A DNA stretch of 64,000 nt from the NCBI GenBank assembly GCA_963842085.1, contig CAWJET010000001.1, positions 2,752,001 through 2,816,000 of the forward strand, read 5' to 3'. Shown piece by piece: positions 1-8,586 of this stretch. The translations under genes and the position numbers were made by a program. Under the pieces are notes generated by a model. That model had not been told where the DNA came from and made no database searches. It saw only the letters and a program-made list of their open reading frames with translations. Position 1 is the first letter of the stretch. Every line of letters starts with the position of its first letter. This DNA is from an uncultured delta proteobacterium (GTDB lineage: Bacteria; Desulfobacterota; Binatia; Binatales; Binataceae).

Positions 1-986
1 GTCGGCTCGAGTCCCATCCGGTTGACGACGGTCCCGAGATAGCTCGCGTCGCGGGCGCTGTCGGTCAGAATCAGAACTTTGCGCCGCGCGCCCACTCCCA
101 CCCATCCTTTGAGCGAGTCGTCCTCGGGGTACGCGTCGAAAGCCGGATTGTCGGGCTTGTAGGTGGCGGAGTAGGAAGCCAGGCCGACGGTTTCGGTGTG
201 GACCGGGAAGTCGAGGCGCTGCGAGCCGCGCGCCAGCGTCACTTTGCGCTCATCGATTTGTGCGCCGTCGCGCTCGATTGTGATGGTGCCGGCCACCGGC
301 GCGTCGTTGAGATTTTCCAGCGTGACGCCGAGCGCGAACGGCGCGGCTTTCTCGAGCGCGGGCGGCAGCGCGAGCGCCGTCATCGCGACGTTGGGAATCG
401 AGCGCGCGCCGGGGGGCGTGAAGATGTCGAGGCGAATCTCGGCGTTGACAATCGCGCTGATCGCGCGCTCGGCGTCGCCGCGATTCTGCCAGCCGTCGGT
501 CACCATTACGGCCGGCCCGCCGTGCGCGTCGGGGTCGGCGGCGATACGGTAGAGCGCGCTCTCGAGGTTGGTCGCACCGGGCCCGCATTCGGCGCATCCG
601 GCGCCGTTGGCGAAGGCCGTTTCGACGGCGCCGATCGATTGCGGAGCGACGTCCGCCGCGAACATGTAGGCTGGATCTCCAGCGCGCAGCCCCAGGTCGT
701 CGCGCAATAGCTTGAGCGTCCAGGCGCGCATGGCAGGCGTGATACTGGCGCTCGCATCGACGATTGCGGGCCGCGCCGCGCCCTCGGAATGCATCACCTG
801 CTGCGGATTTGCGAGCGCGACGACGAACAGCGCGAGCACTATCGCGCGCATCAGCGGCGCAAACGCGCGGCGAAGTTCGCGCGCGTTGACCAGACCCCAG
901 AGCAGAACGAGCGCGGGGATCGCGAGCAGGTACAGCAACTCGCGATGCGCGAAGGTCAAGTCGTGAGGCAGGCCTGCGGGAATCAT
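1..986 (-). CDS. VWA-domain membrane protein of the MoxR operon (5' part; runs off the window start)
   Basis: Manual translation from ATG 986, which overlaps the TGA of the upstream gene (ATGA): MIPAGLPHDLTFAHRELLYLLAIPALVLLWG... with two TM helices, DASAS (MIDAS DxSxS), TNLESAL and VMVTDG. Absent from the ORF track because it is truncated. Confidence 0.8.
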   Translation of the reverse strand, partial: MIPAGLPHDLTFAHRELLYLLAIPALVLLWGLVNARELRRAFAPLMRAIVLALFVVALANPQQVMHSEGAARPAIVDASASITPAMRAWTLKLLRDDLGLRAGDPAYMFAADVAPQSIGAVETAFANGAGCAECGPGATNLESALYRIAADPDAHGGPAVMVTDGWQNRGDAERAISAIVNAEIRLDIFTPPGARSIPNVAMTALALPPALEKAAPFALGVTLENLNDAPVAGTITIERDGAQIDERKVTLARGSQRLDFPVHTETVGLASYSATYKPDNPAFDAYPEDDSLKGWVGVGARRKVLILTDSARDASYLGTVVNRMGLEP

Positions 987-2791
987 GGCGCGGCCTCGAA
1001 GATGCGCCGGCGCCGATAGACGATGAGAGCTTCCAGAGCGGTCAGCGCGATAATCGCGAAAAGCAGGTAGTCGCTCAGCGAGGATTTTTCCATCACCGGC
1101 TCGGCGGCGGAACCCGATTTTGCGGCTTCGACTTTAAGCAGCGGCGAGCTGGAGAGATCCGACTCGCTCAGGTCGGCCAGGTTCACGGCGCGCGGCGTCT
1201 TCGCGCCGCCGGGACCGACCAGCTCGTACACTCCCTGCTCTGAAACGTCGGTAAAAAGCGTGCCCGGATGGGCAGCGACTTTTCTTCCTGACGGCAGTAT
1301 CACGTGCTCGACCCCGGCGGGCACCAGCCACGGCTGTCCGGTCCGGTAGCCGCCGCTGCTCGCGCCAAGTCCGGCGAGATAACTGATCGCGTTGAGCGTC
1401 AGCACCGACATCGGAAGGTTGCGGCGCCCCAGATACGGGAAGGGATTGAAGCCGGTCGCGACGAAACGATGACCCCCGCGGTCGCCCTTTAGCAGCAGCG
1501 CGCCGCCGTCGCCACCGACCACCTGGCTCATCCACGGATGACTGCCGAAGTACTCGCCGCCGCGAAGACTGAGCAGGCGGAAATTCACCGAGTCGGTGAG
1601 GGTGTCGGTCGTGCGCCATCCGGCAATCTGGACTCTCGCGGTCGGCGTCACCGTCAATCCGAAGACGGGATCGCCCGGCGGCGGCATCACGAGCATTGTG
1701 TTCACGCCGGGGATTTCCTTGGGCGTGGCGTATTCAAAGATGGCGAGATCGAAGTTGCCGAGATCGTCGGGCGCGTAGGAGTCGGGGGTGCGCGCGGTGA
1801 CCTGGACGCCGGGAATCGAATTCAGTCCCTCGGCGTCGGCGGGAGTCGGGCTGATGAAGAGAATCGACACGTTCTTGACGGAGCCGGCGGTTGCGTAAGC
1901 GACGTTGTCGAGTGCGAGCGCGTCGTCGGGCGCGAGGTTTGCCTGGTAGCTTCGCGCGGGCGGGATCGCGGGGAACTCCAGCGTGGCGGTCTCGCGCGCG
2001 CCGAGAGCTTCTTTGGCGCGGGCCACCTCCTTGCCGTCGCCCGTCACGACGAGTTCGAGCGTGCGGGTTTCCGGGCTGAAGTTGGCGATCGTGAGACTTG
2101 CGTGAAGGGCTTCCGCGCCAAGGACTTCGCGCCGCAGCGTGAACGAGCCAATCGCGGCGTTGGCGACCGCGTCGCTCACCGCGATCGGATGAATTCGCGC
2201 CGGCACCGGCGCAGCCAGCGCGTTGGCGCCCGCGAAAATCACCTTGGCGACGCGCGCTTCCGAGGCGAGGTTGGAGAGGAAGTTCTCCAGCGTCGTTTGA
2301 TCGTTGGGCGCATCGGTTGGCTTGATTCGCCCGAGCGCCAGGCGCGCCGCAGTCAGCGTGTTGAACGGCGGCGCGACGCGGCGCGGCTGCGGCGCGGTGA
2401 CGTAAACCGAAATTTCGCCGCCGCCATCTTCGGCGGACAATTCGGCGTCCAGCTTTTCGCGCGCGACGTCGAAACGGCTCTTGCCCGATGGCGTCAGCGC
2501 CTGCATCGCGGCGGAATTGTCGATCACGACGGCGAGCGGAGCGGTTCGTTTCCAGATGAACGGACCCGCCAGCGCGAGCACCACCAGGCTCAGGATCAAA
2601 ACCTCGGCGAAGAACATCCAATCCAGCCGCGGCCATCCACCGAAACGCTCGCGCCGAAAACCGCGTAGCGCGCGAAACGCCAGCACGCTCGAGACCGTCA
2701 CGCGCGACGGCCGCTCCTTGGCGAGGTACGCCAGCACCAGCACCGGGATGAGGGCGAAAAATGCGAGTGCGCCGGGATAGAGGAGTCCCAT
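983..2791 (-). CDS. BatA-like N-terminal / VWA-domain protein with C-terminal TM anchor
   Basis: N-terminal hydrophobic BatA-type segment (PGALAFFALIPVLVLAYL...VSS), VVIDNSAAM degenerate MIDAS, LALDN motif, C-terminal ESDL then TM plus RRRR; MoxR operon context. Confidence 0.8.
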   Translation of the reverse strand: MGLLYPGALAFFALIPVLVLAYLAKERPSRVTVSSVLAFRALRGFRRERFGGWPRLDWMFFAEVLILSLVVLALAGPFIWKRTAPLAVVIDNSAAMQALTPSGKSRFDVAREKLDAELSAEDGGGEISVYVTAPQPRRVAPPFNTLTAARLALGRIKPTDAPNDQTTLENFLSNLASEARVAKVIFAGANALAAPVPARIHPIAVSDAVANAAIGSFTLRREVLGAEALHASLTIANFSPETRTLELVVTGDGKEVARAKEALGARETATLEFPAIPPARSYQANLAPDDALALDNVAYATAGSVKNVSILFISPTPADAEGLNSIPGVQVTARTPDSYAPDDLGNFDLAIFEYATPKEIPGVNTMLVMPPPGDPVFGLTVTPTARVQIAGWRTTDTLTDSVNFRLLSLRGGEYFGSHPWMSQVVGGDGGALLLKGDRGGHRFVATGFNPFPYLGRRNLPMSVLTLNAISYLAGLGASSGGYRTGQPWLVPAGVEHVILPSGRKVAAHPGTLFTDVSEQGVYELVGPGGAKTPRAVNLADLSESDLSSSPLLKVEAAKSGSAAEPVMEKSSLSDYLLFAIIALTALEALIVYRRRRIFEAAP

Positions 2792-2802
2792 CGGATAACT
2801 CT

Positions 2803-3702
2803 TCAGTGCGCCAGGCCGAGGTCGCGCACCGCGCGGACGAAGAATTGCTGGAAGTCCTGGTCGGTCGTGTAGAGCGCGTAATGCAGCCCGCGCTTGAAGC
2901 AGAACGATTTTATTTCGCGCGTGAGACGCACCATCGTCTCGCGATACTGCGTGCGTTCGCGCTCGCCGATCGAGACCCGCAGCCGCTCGCCCGACTCGGA
3001 ATCGACGACCTCGACGTCGCCATCGAGACCCTGGCCGTTGAGTTCGCGACCGCCAAGAATCTGCACCGCCGTCAGGTCCATCGAGGCCGCCGTGAACATC
3101 CCAAGTCCGCGCGTGACCGAGTTGAGCAGCATCAGGAAGTCGGAAACGATAAACACCTTGCCGGCGCGCCGAATCGCAAGCAGCTCGGTCGCCAGCGAGG
3201 TCGCGAAATCGAACTGCCCGCCCGGCCTCAGATCGTGCAGGCGTCGCGCAAGCTCGACGATTCGATGACGGCCGTTGACGAACGACGGATCGACCTTCGC
3301 GCCCTTGCCGCCCAGCACGCGCAGCATCACCCGATCGCCGCTGGCGAGCGCGACGTAGGCGAGCGCGAGCGCGGTCAGCATCGCGGATTCGAACTTGCGA
3401 TCGCCTGCTGGATATCCCATCGACGCGCTCGCATCGACGAAGATATACGTGAGCAGGTCTTCCTCTTCCTGGAAAAGCTTGATGTAGAGTTTGTCGCTGC
3501 GGCCGTACAGTCCCCAGTCGATGTAGCGGAAGTCGTCGCCGGGCGAGTAATGGCGGTAGTCGTTGAACTCGAGCGACGAGCCGCGCTTGGGCGACAAGTG
3601 CATGCCCCGGCCCACCCCGGCGTAGCGCTGGCGGGTCCTGATCCTGAGCTTTTCGAGCCGGGCAAGAAAACCCGGCGTGAATTCGTCCGGCAGTCCGAAC
3701 AT
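2803..3702 (-). CDS. DUF58 domain protein (MoxR-associated)
   Basis: GSSLEFNDYRHYSPGDDFRYIDW, VDASASM and IVSDF motifs; start moved to ATG 3702 (MFGLPDEF), just after the moxR stop. Confidence 0.9.
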   Translation of the reverse strand: MFGLPDEFTPGFLARLEKLRIRTRQRYAGVGRGMHLSPKRGSSLEFNDYRHYSPGDDFRYIDWGLYGRSDKLYIKLFQEEEDLLTYIFVDASASMGYPAGDRKFESAMLTALALAYVALASGDRVMLRVLGGKGAKVDPSFVNGRHRIVELARRLHDLRPGGQFDFATSLATELLAIRRAGKVFIVSDFLMLLNSVTRGLGMFTAASMDLTAVQILGGRELNGQGLDGDVEVVDSESGERLRVSIGERERTQYRETMVRLTREIKSFCFKRGLHYALYTTDQDFQQFFVRAVRDLGLAH

Positions 3703-3704
3703 CG

Positions 3705-4724
3705 CTACGTGCGCGGCTTCTTGAGCCGCTTTATCACCTGCTCGAGGATCGATTCCGAGGAAACACTCTCGGCCTCCGCCTGGAAGTTGAGCAGCAAGCG
3801 ATGGCGCAGGCACGGGATGACGGCGTCGTCGATATCGTCGTAACTCACGCTCACGCGGCCCGCCAGCAATGCGTTAACCTTCGCGCACAGAATCAGCGCC
3901 TGCGCGCCGCGCGGGCTCGGCCCAAAGCGCAGATATTGCGAGACCTCGGGGATGGCGCCGGGACCGCCGGGCGTGCATCCGCCGATCACACTGATGATGT
4001 AACGCTCGAGCGGCTCGGCCACCATCACCTCGCGCACCAGCGCCTTGAGCTCCTCGATCGCCCGCGGCGCGCGCGCCGGTTCGAACAGCGGCTGAATCTT
4101 GTTGTGCGCCGTGCCGGTGGTGCGGTCGAGGATTTCGCGCAACTCGTCGGGCTTGGGCGAGCCCATCACGACTTTGAAGATGAACCGATCCATCTGCGCT
4201 TCGGGCAGCGGATAGGTTCCTTCGAGCTCGATTGGATTTTGCGTGGCGAGAACTATGTACGGCGGATCGAGAACGTAGGTAGTGCCGAAGACGGTCACCT
4301 GATGCTCTTCCATCGCCTCGAGCACGGCCGACTGCGTCTTGGGCGTGGCGCGATTGATCTCGTCGCCCAGCACCATGTGCGCGAAGATCGGGCCGGGCTT
4401 GAACTGGAACTCGCGATGGCCGTCGGACTCAGTCAGCACCTGCGTGCCGATGATGTCCGAGGGCATCAGGTCGGGCGTGAACTGGATTCGTTTGAAGCTG
4501 AGTCCGAGCGTCTCGCTGGCCGCCTTGACCATCAGCGTTTTGCCCAGCCCGGGCACGCCTTCGATCAAAATATGGCCGCCGCAAAACAGCGCGGTCAGCA
4601 TCTTTCGTACGACCTCTCGATGGCCGACGATCACGCGCGCAACTTCGCTCTCGGCACGCGAGAAAATCTTGCGAAAATCCGCGACCCGCTGGTCGGGTGA
4701 AACCTGTTGAGGAGCCGCTCCCAT
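3705..4724 (-). CDS. moxR: MoxR family AAA+ ATPase
   Basis: EGVPGLGKT Walker A, RIQFTPDLMPSDI, DEINRATPKTQSA, ATQNPIELEGTYPLPEAQMDRF, GPSPR. Confidence 0.95.
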   Translation of the reverse strand: MGAAPQQVSPDQRVADFRKIFSRAESEVARVIVGHREVVRKMLTALFCGGHILIEGVPGLGKTLMVKAASETLGLSFKRIQFTPDLMPSDIIGTQVLTESDGHREFQFKPGPIFAHMVLGDEINRATPKTQSAVLEAMEEHQVTVFGTTYVLDPPYIVLATQNPIELEGTYPLPEAQMDRFIFKVVMGSPKPDELREILDRTTGTAHNKIQPLFEPARAPRAIEELKALVREVMVAEPLERYIISVIGGCTPGGPGAIPEVSQYLRFGPSPRGAQALILCAKVNALLAGRVSVSYDDIDDAVIPCLRHRLLLNFQAEAESVSSESILEQVIKRLKKPRT

Positions 4725-4748
4725 CCGTTGTCCTTCCTTGTCCTGAAG

Positions 4749-6323
4749 CTAATGAATCATGTCGCGATAGCGCGGCGGCACCAGTTGTCGTTCGTCGGGC
4801 GGCGCGTCGTCGCTGGTCGGCGCCAATGGGGCATTGACGTAAGCCGTCGTCGCCTTCGGCCGATCGGTGTCAAGTACCGTTTTCCCGCCGCTACCGGAAG
4901 AGGGCGCGCCCGGCAGCCGGAACATAACGTAACGCGCGTCCTTGATGTCGAGCGCGGCGCCCTTCTCGCCGGGCTTCAGGAAGCGCTGCGCGTTGGTTGA
5001 GGTCGGCATCTCGCCGAGATGCGTATCGCCGAGGTTCGAGCCCATGTCCTTATTGTTTTTCGGATTGCCGCCGGCGCTGGGGACATTACGATCGCCGTTG
5101 GCGCCCGGCTTGGGAATCTCGCCCGGGTGATTGAGATCGGGCTGGCTGCCGCTCTTATTCTGATCGATCTTGTCGCCGGGCTTGTTGGCGCCGCCTTGAT
5201 TCTTGTCGTTGCCGGGCTGGTTGTCGGGGCCGGGATTTCTCGCGTTGGCGGTCTCAACCTGCGCTTCGGCTTTGGCGAGTTCGTTGCGGAGTTCGATGTT
5301 CGATTGGTCGCCCTTGTTCTGATCGTTCTTTGCCGACCCCTTTCCGCCTTCGTTCTTGCCCGAATTATTGGCGTTGCCACCTTTGCCCGAGCCCGCGTTG
5401 TTGCCGCCGAGGTTCTGGCCGGCGCCGGTGCCGCTCTGGCCCTCGCCGCTGCCCGCTCCCGCGGAATTGCCCTGGCCCTGGCTCTTGCCGTTGCCATTGC
5501 CGTTTCCGTTTTGTGCGTTCGACTTGCCGGTGCCCTGATTCTTTCCCGACTGGCTGTTGTTGCGCTTTTGAGCGGCCTTGTCGGCTTGCCGCATCGCATC
5601 CTCGATACGCGTCTTTTTTACTTCGGGCGGCAGCTTGGAATTTTCCAGCGCGTCGGCGGCGGCGCGAATCTTGTCGGCCAGGGCGGTATCGTCGGAACTG
5701 GTCGCCGTTTCGGCGATTTCCTCGGCGATCGCGCGCAGCTTGGCGGCTTCTCTATTCTCCGGCGTCGGCGCGCGCACCAATCCCAACGTCGCAAGCACCA
5801 TCGCGAGCGCGACCGCGCCCGCAAAAATCGACGAACGCTTGAGCGGCTCGCCGACTTCGAGCCTGAATTCCCGGCGCACGTCGAGGCCACCGAACAATGC
5901 GATCGCGCGCCGCCACAGAATCGGGAACAGCGGTGTGCGTCGCGCACGGCTGCTCTCCGGCGTCGACGGATTGGCCAGTGTGGCGAATGTCACGATCTCC
6001 TGGTTGCCCTCCAGCAGGTCGTCGAGCTCGGCGGCGGCTGCAACAAAGTCGTTGGCGCGGCGATACGCGCGAAATGCCGTGACCAATCCGGCGGCCAGCA
6101 CCACGAGGCCCGCGCCAATCAACCCGAGGCTGAGCACGGTGGCGCGGTCGGGCGCCATCGAGTAGCCCAGTCGCCTCCAGGTCAGGTCGCCGATCGGCTC
6201 GAGCAACACTCCCAGCGCGATCGCGGTGAGCGCCGGCGCCACCGCCGATAGCATCACGCGGATTGCGGCCAGCCGCGCGATTCGCGCGCTGGCGGTGCCG
6301 ATGGTCTCGACCGGATTGTCCAC
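4749..6323 (-). CDS. Membrane protein with coiled coil and Gly/Asn/Lys/Gln-rich low-complexity C-terminal half (MoxR operon partner)
   Basis: Three N-terminal TM segments, helical region, GN-rich linker, C-terminal VPPRYRD typical of MoxR-operon partners. Confidence 0.7.
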   Translation of the reverse strand: MDNPVETIGTASARIARLAAIRVMLSAVAPALTAIALGVLLEPIGDLTWRRLGYSMAPDRATVLSLGLIGAGLVVLAAGLVTAFRAYRRANDFVAAAAELDDLLEGNQEIVTFATLANPSTPESSRARRTPLFPILWRRAIALFGGLDVRREFRLEVGEPLKRSSIFAGAVALAMVLATLGLVRAPTPENREAAKLRAIAEEIAETATSSDDTALADKIRAAADALENSKLPPEVKKTRIEDAMRQADKAAQKRNNSQSGKNQGTGKSNAQNGNGNGNGKSQGQGNSAGAGSGEGQSGTGAGQNLGGNNAGSGKGGNANNSGKNEGGKGSAKNDQNKGDQSNIELRNELAKAEAQVETANARNPGPDNQPGNDKNQGGANKPGDKIDQNKSGSQPDLNHPGEIPKPGANGDRNVPSAGGNPKNNKDMGSNLGDTHLGEMPTSTNAQRFLKPGEKGAALDIKDARYVMFRLPGAPSSGSGGKTVLDTDRPKATTAYVNAPLAPTSDDAPPDERQLVPPRYRDMIH

Positions 6324-6384
6324 AGGATGAAATTACAGACTACTTGAGACAGATGCGACCGTCCAATCGGCGGCCCGAACTGCC

Positions 6385-7401
6385 TTATCTTGCCGGCTTT
6401 ACGGCCGGTTTGCCCGCCTCCGCTTTCCGCTCGAGTGCGATCGCGCGCCGATGCTCGTCGAACGTTCTGGAAAAGACGTGAGTGCCGCCTTCGCGCGCGA
6501 CAAAATAGAGAAAATCGGTCTGCGTCGGGTATAGCGCTGCTTCGATTGATTTGAGCCCCGGATTAGCGATCGGCCCCGGCGGCAGGCCGGTAAAGTCGTA
6601 GGTGTTGAAAGCCGACGCCGTGTGGACCGCGCTCGCGGCCGGTTCCTTGCTGCCGTCGAGCTCGTACTCGGCCGTCGGATCGGATTGCAGGGGCATTCCG
6701 AGCCGCAGCCGATTGTAGAAAACACCTGCGATTAGAGGGCGCTCGCCGGCCGCTTTCGCCTCCTTCTCGACGATCGAGGCCATCGTGACCAGCCGGCGCG
6801 CGTCGAGGCCGACCGCGAACATCCGCTCTTCAACCTGCGGCGTCAGGACCTGGTAGAACCGCGCGAGCATGGCGGCGAGCACGTCGTTGGTCTTCGCGTG
6901 CGGCGAGAACCTGTAGGTCGCGGGGAACAGGTAGCCTTCCGCGCCGAGCGGCATCAGGCCAAGCGCGCGGACTATCGCGCCGTGGCGCGCGGCATCTTCG
7001 AACTGGTCCTCGCAGACCAGGCCCGTCTCGGCCAGCTTTTCTGCGATCTGATGGACGGTCAAGCCTTCGGGAATGGTGACCGTCACGACGATAAAATCAC
7101 CCCTGACCAAATGGCCCATCACGTCGGGAATCCGCTCGCCGCCGTGGAAAGCATAGTCGCCCGGCTTGATTTCGCGCGCGGTCTGGCTCATCTGGCCGTA
7201 CAATCGGAGCGCGAGTTCGCTTCGAACGACGCCGGCGTCGGCCAGCGCCCGCGCGATTTGGCGAAAGGACTCGCCCTTTTCAATCGTGAGCTCGCGCGGC
7301 GGTGAGAATCTTTCGGTAGGACTGAGCCAGAAGTACGAAAGCGCGGCGTACGAAGCGCCCAAGACGATCGCGATAACGAGAACTGTCGCCGCAAGCTTCA
7401 T
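6385..7401 (-). CDS. mltG: Endolytic transglycosylase MltG (YceG)
   Basis: N-terminal TM, VTIPEG, EGYLFPATY, ASIVEKEA, NRLRLGMPLQSDPT, GLPPGPIANPG, LYFVA. Confidence 0.95.
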   Translation of the reverse strand: MKLAATVLVIAIVLGASYAALSYFWLSPTERFSPPRELTIEKGESFRQIARALADAGVVRSELALRLYGQMSQTAREIKPGDYAFHGGERIPDVMGHLVRGDFIVVTVTIPEGLTVHQIAEKLAETGLVCEDQFEDAARHGAIVRALGLMPLGAEGYLFPATYRFSPHAKTNDVLAAMLARFYQVLTPQVEERMFAVGLDARRLVTMASIVEKEAKAAGERPLIAGVFYNRLRLGMPLQSDPTAEYELDGSKEPAASAVHTASAFNTYDFTGLPPGPIANPGLKSIEAALYPTQTDFLYFVAREGGTHVFSRTFDEHRRAIALERKAEAGKPAVKPAR

Positions 7402-7437
7402 CCAATTCGAGGATATATTTCGCGCCGTAATTTTTCA

Positions 7438-7491
7438 TTAGCAGCGGTCGCCGCGCGGAATTTTGTCCGGATCCGCCTGCATCCAGCCTTC
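7438..7491 (-). pseudogene. Orphan 3' end of a displaced ruvX copy
   Basis: Translates EGWMQADPDKIPRGDRC*, versus intact RuvX C-terminus EGWMQAHPDKVPHARS*; lies directly upstream of mltG. Confidence 0.8.
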
Positions 7492-7527
7492 GACCCCCAA
7501 GCCGTGATCGAACGGGCTATTTTCCTT

Positions 7528-7549
7528 TTATGGCATCTAATGCCATAAT
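7528..7549 (+). promoter_or_regulatory. Palindromic operator overlapping a -10-like hexamer of the TA operon
   Basis: TTATGGCAT-CTA-ATGCCATAA perfect 9-3-9 inverted repeat containing CATAAT (7544-7549). Confidence 0.6.
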
Positions 7550-7846
7550 ACCTTATGCGCCGCTGATTCTTGAGACGCGAGATGTAATTGGAGGCGGGCG
7601 TTTTCTGCAGGAAGTTGGAATTTCGAGTTTCGCGCCCACTCGCGAGCTGCACGAAGGAATCCGGTACTCTCTTTGTCTCGTGGAGCTTGAGAGCGGCAAC
7701 GTGGTTTTGCTCTACGATGTTCATCGGGGTAAGTCGCATCACCGACACTTGCGCGGCAAAGAGACCGTTACAAGTTCGTCAACGAGGACACGTTGCTCGA
7801 CGATTTCTTGCGTGACGTGAATCTGCTCCTGGAGGGTAAGTTATGA
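7530..7846 (+). pseudogene. DUF6516 (TumE-like) putative toxin, frameshifted
   Basis: GIRYSL...LLYDVHRGKSHHRHLRGKET then a one-base loss at about 7767 (GAG ACC GT TAC AAG). The shifted frame gives YKFVNEDTLLDDFLRDVNLLLEGKL*, ending in an ATGA overlap with the antitoxin. Confidence 0.75.
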
Positions 7847-8244
7847 GCGCACGGCGGCTTTACATCGGTATCCGCGCGAGTGCTGAGCGATCCAAAGCGC
7901 TTCGCGAAGCGATTCGGCGAGTCGCGCGCGGTGACCGCGCCTCGCAGGGGGCGGGGCTATATTTCGAAACCGTCGAGGAGCTTCGGCAGATTCTGACCGA
8001 GAAGCGGCTGGAACTGTTGCTCGCGATCACGCGCTACCGGCCGGCGTCGGTCCACGAACTCGCCGGGCTGCTCGAGCGTGACTACAAGAACGTGAGCACT
8101 GACATCACGCTGCTCGAACGGCTGGGACTGGTAAAGCTGGGCGCTAAGGGCGGCAAGGGAAGAGCGCAGACGCCGACTGTCCCGTATGACGAGATTCAGG
8201 TAACCATCGATCTGCGACAACCGCGCGCGGCACATGCCGCTTGA
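7843..8244 (+). CDS. HVO_A0114-family winged-HTH protein, putative antitoxin
   Basis: LYFETVEELRQILTEKRLELL...PASVHELAGLLERDYKNVSTDITLLERLGLV...PTVPYDEIQVTI; coupled to the DUF6516 gene. Confidence 0.8.
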   Translation: MSARRLYIGIRASAERSKALREAIRRVARGDRASQGAGLYFETVEELRQILTEKRLELLLAITRYRPASVHELAGLLERDYKNVSTDITLLERLGLVKLGAKGGKGRAQTPTVPYDEIQVTIDLRQPRAAHAA

Positions 8245-8251
8245 CAGCGCT

Positions 8252-8342
8252 GCATCCCGGCGATCGCCTTGAGGTCTGTTTTGAGCGCGTGCCGCTCGAC
8301 GATTGCCGTGGATGCGCTCCCCATCGAGGCCGCGTCGGTGAC
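8252..8342 (-). pseudogene. Decayed internal fragment of ruvX (copy of 10454-10544)
   Basis: 23-bp exact match CCCATCGAGGCCGCGTCGGTGAC (8320-8342 = 10522-10544), then a colinear, partly mismatched match down to GCATC[CT]CGGCGAT. Confidence 0.8.
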
Positions 8343-8586
8343 TCGATCGGCGACACCCTGTTACCTTCGGAACCACCCTGATCTCGTAGGCACGCGCGGC
8401 ACGCATCGCGGCGTGGGCTGAAGATCCAATCACTACCGATTCATTTTTCTTTTGATTTCTTTAGCGGCCGGCGATGCGCTTGGCGTGGCTCTTGCGTCTT
8501 TGAATTCGCAAGAAAAAGAGTTGAATCGAGCGCTCGCGGACCGATCACGAGCGGGCGGCGCAATGCTCGCCGCCAAGAAGGCAGTC

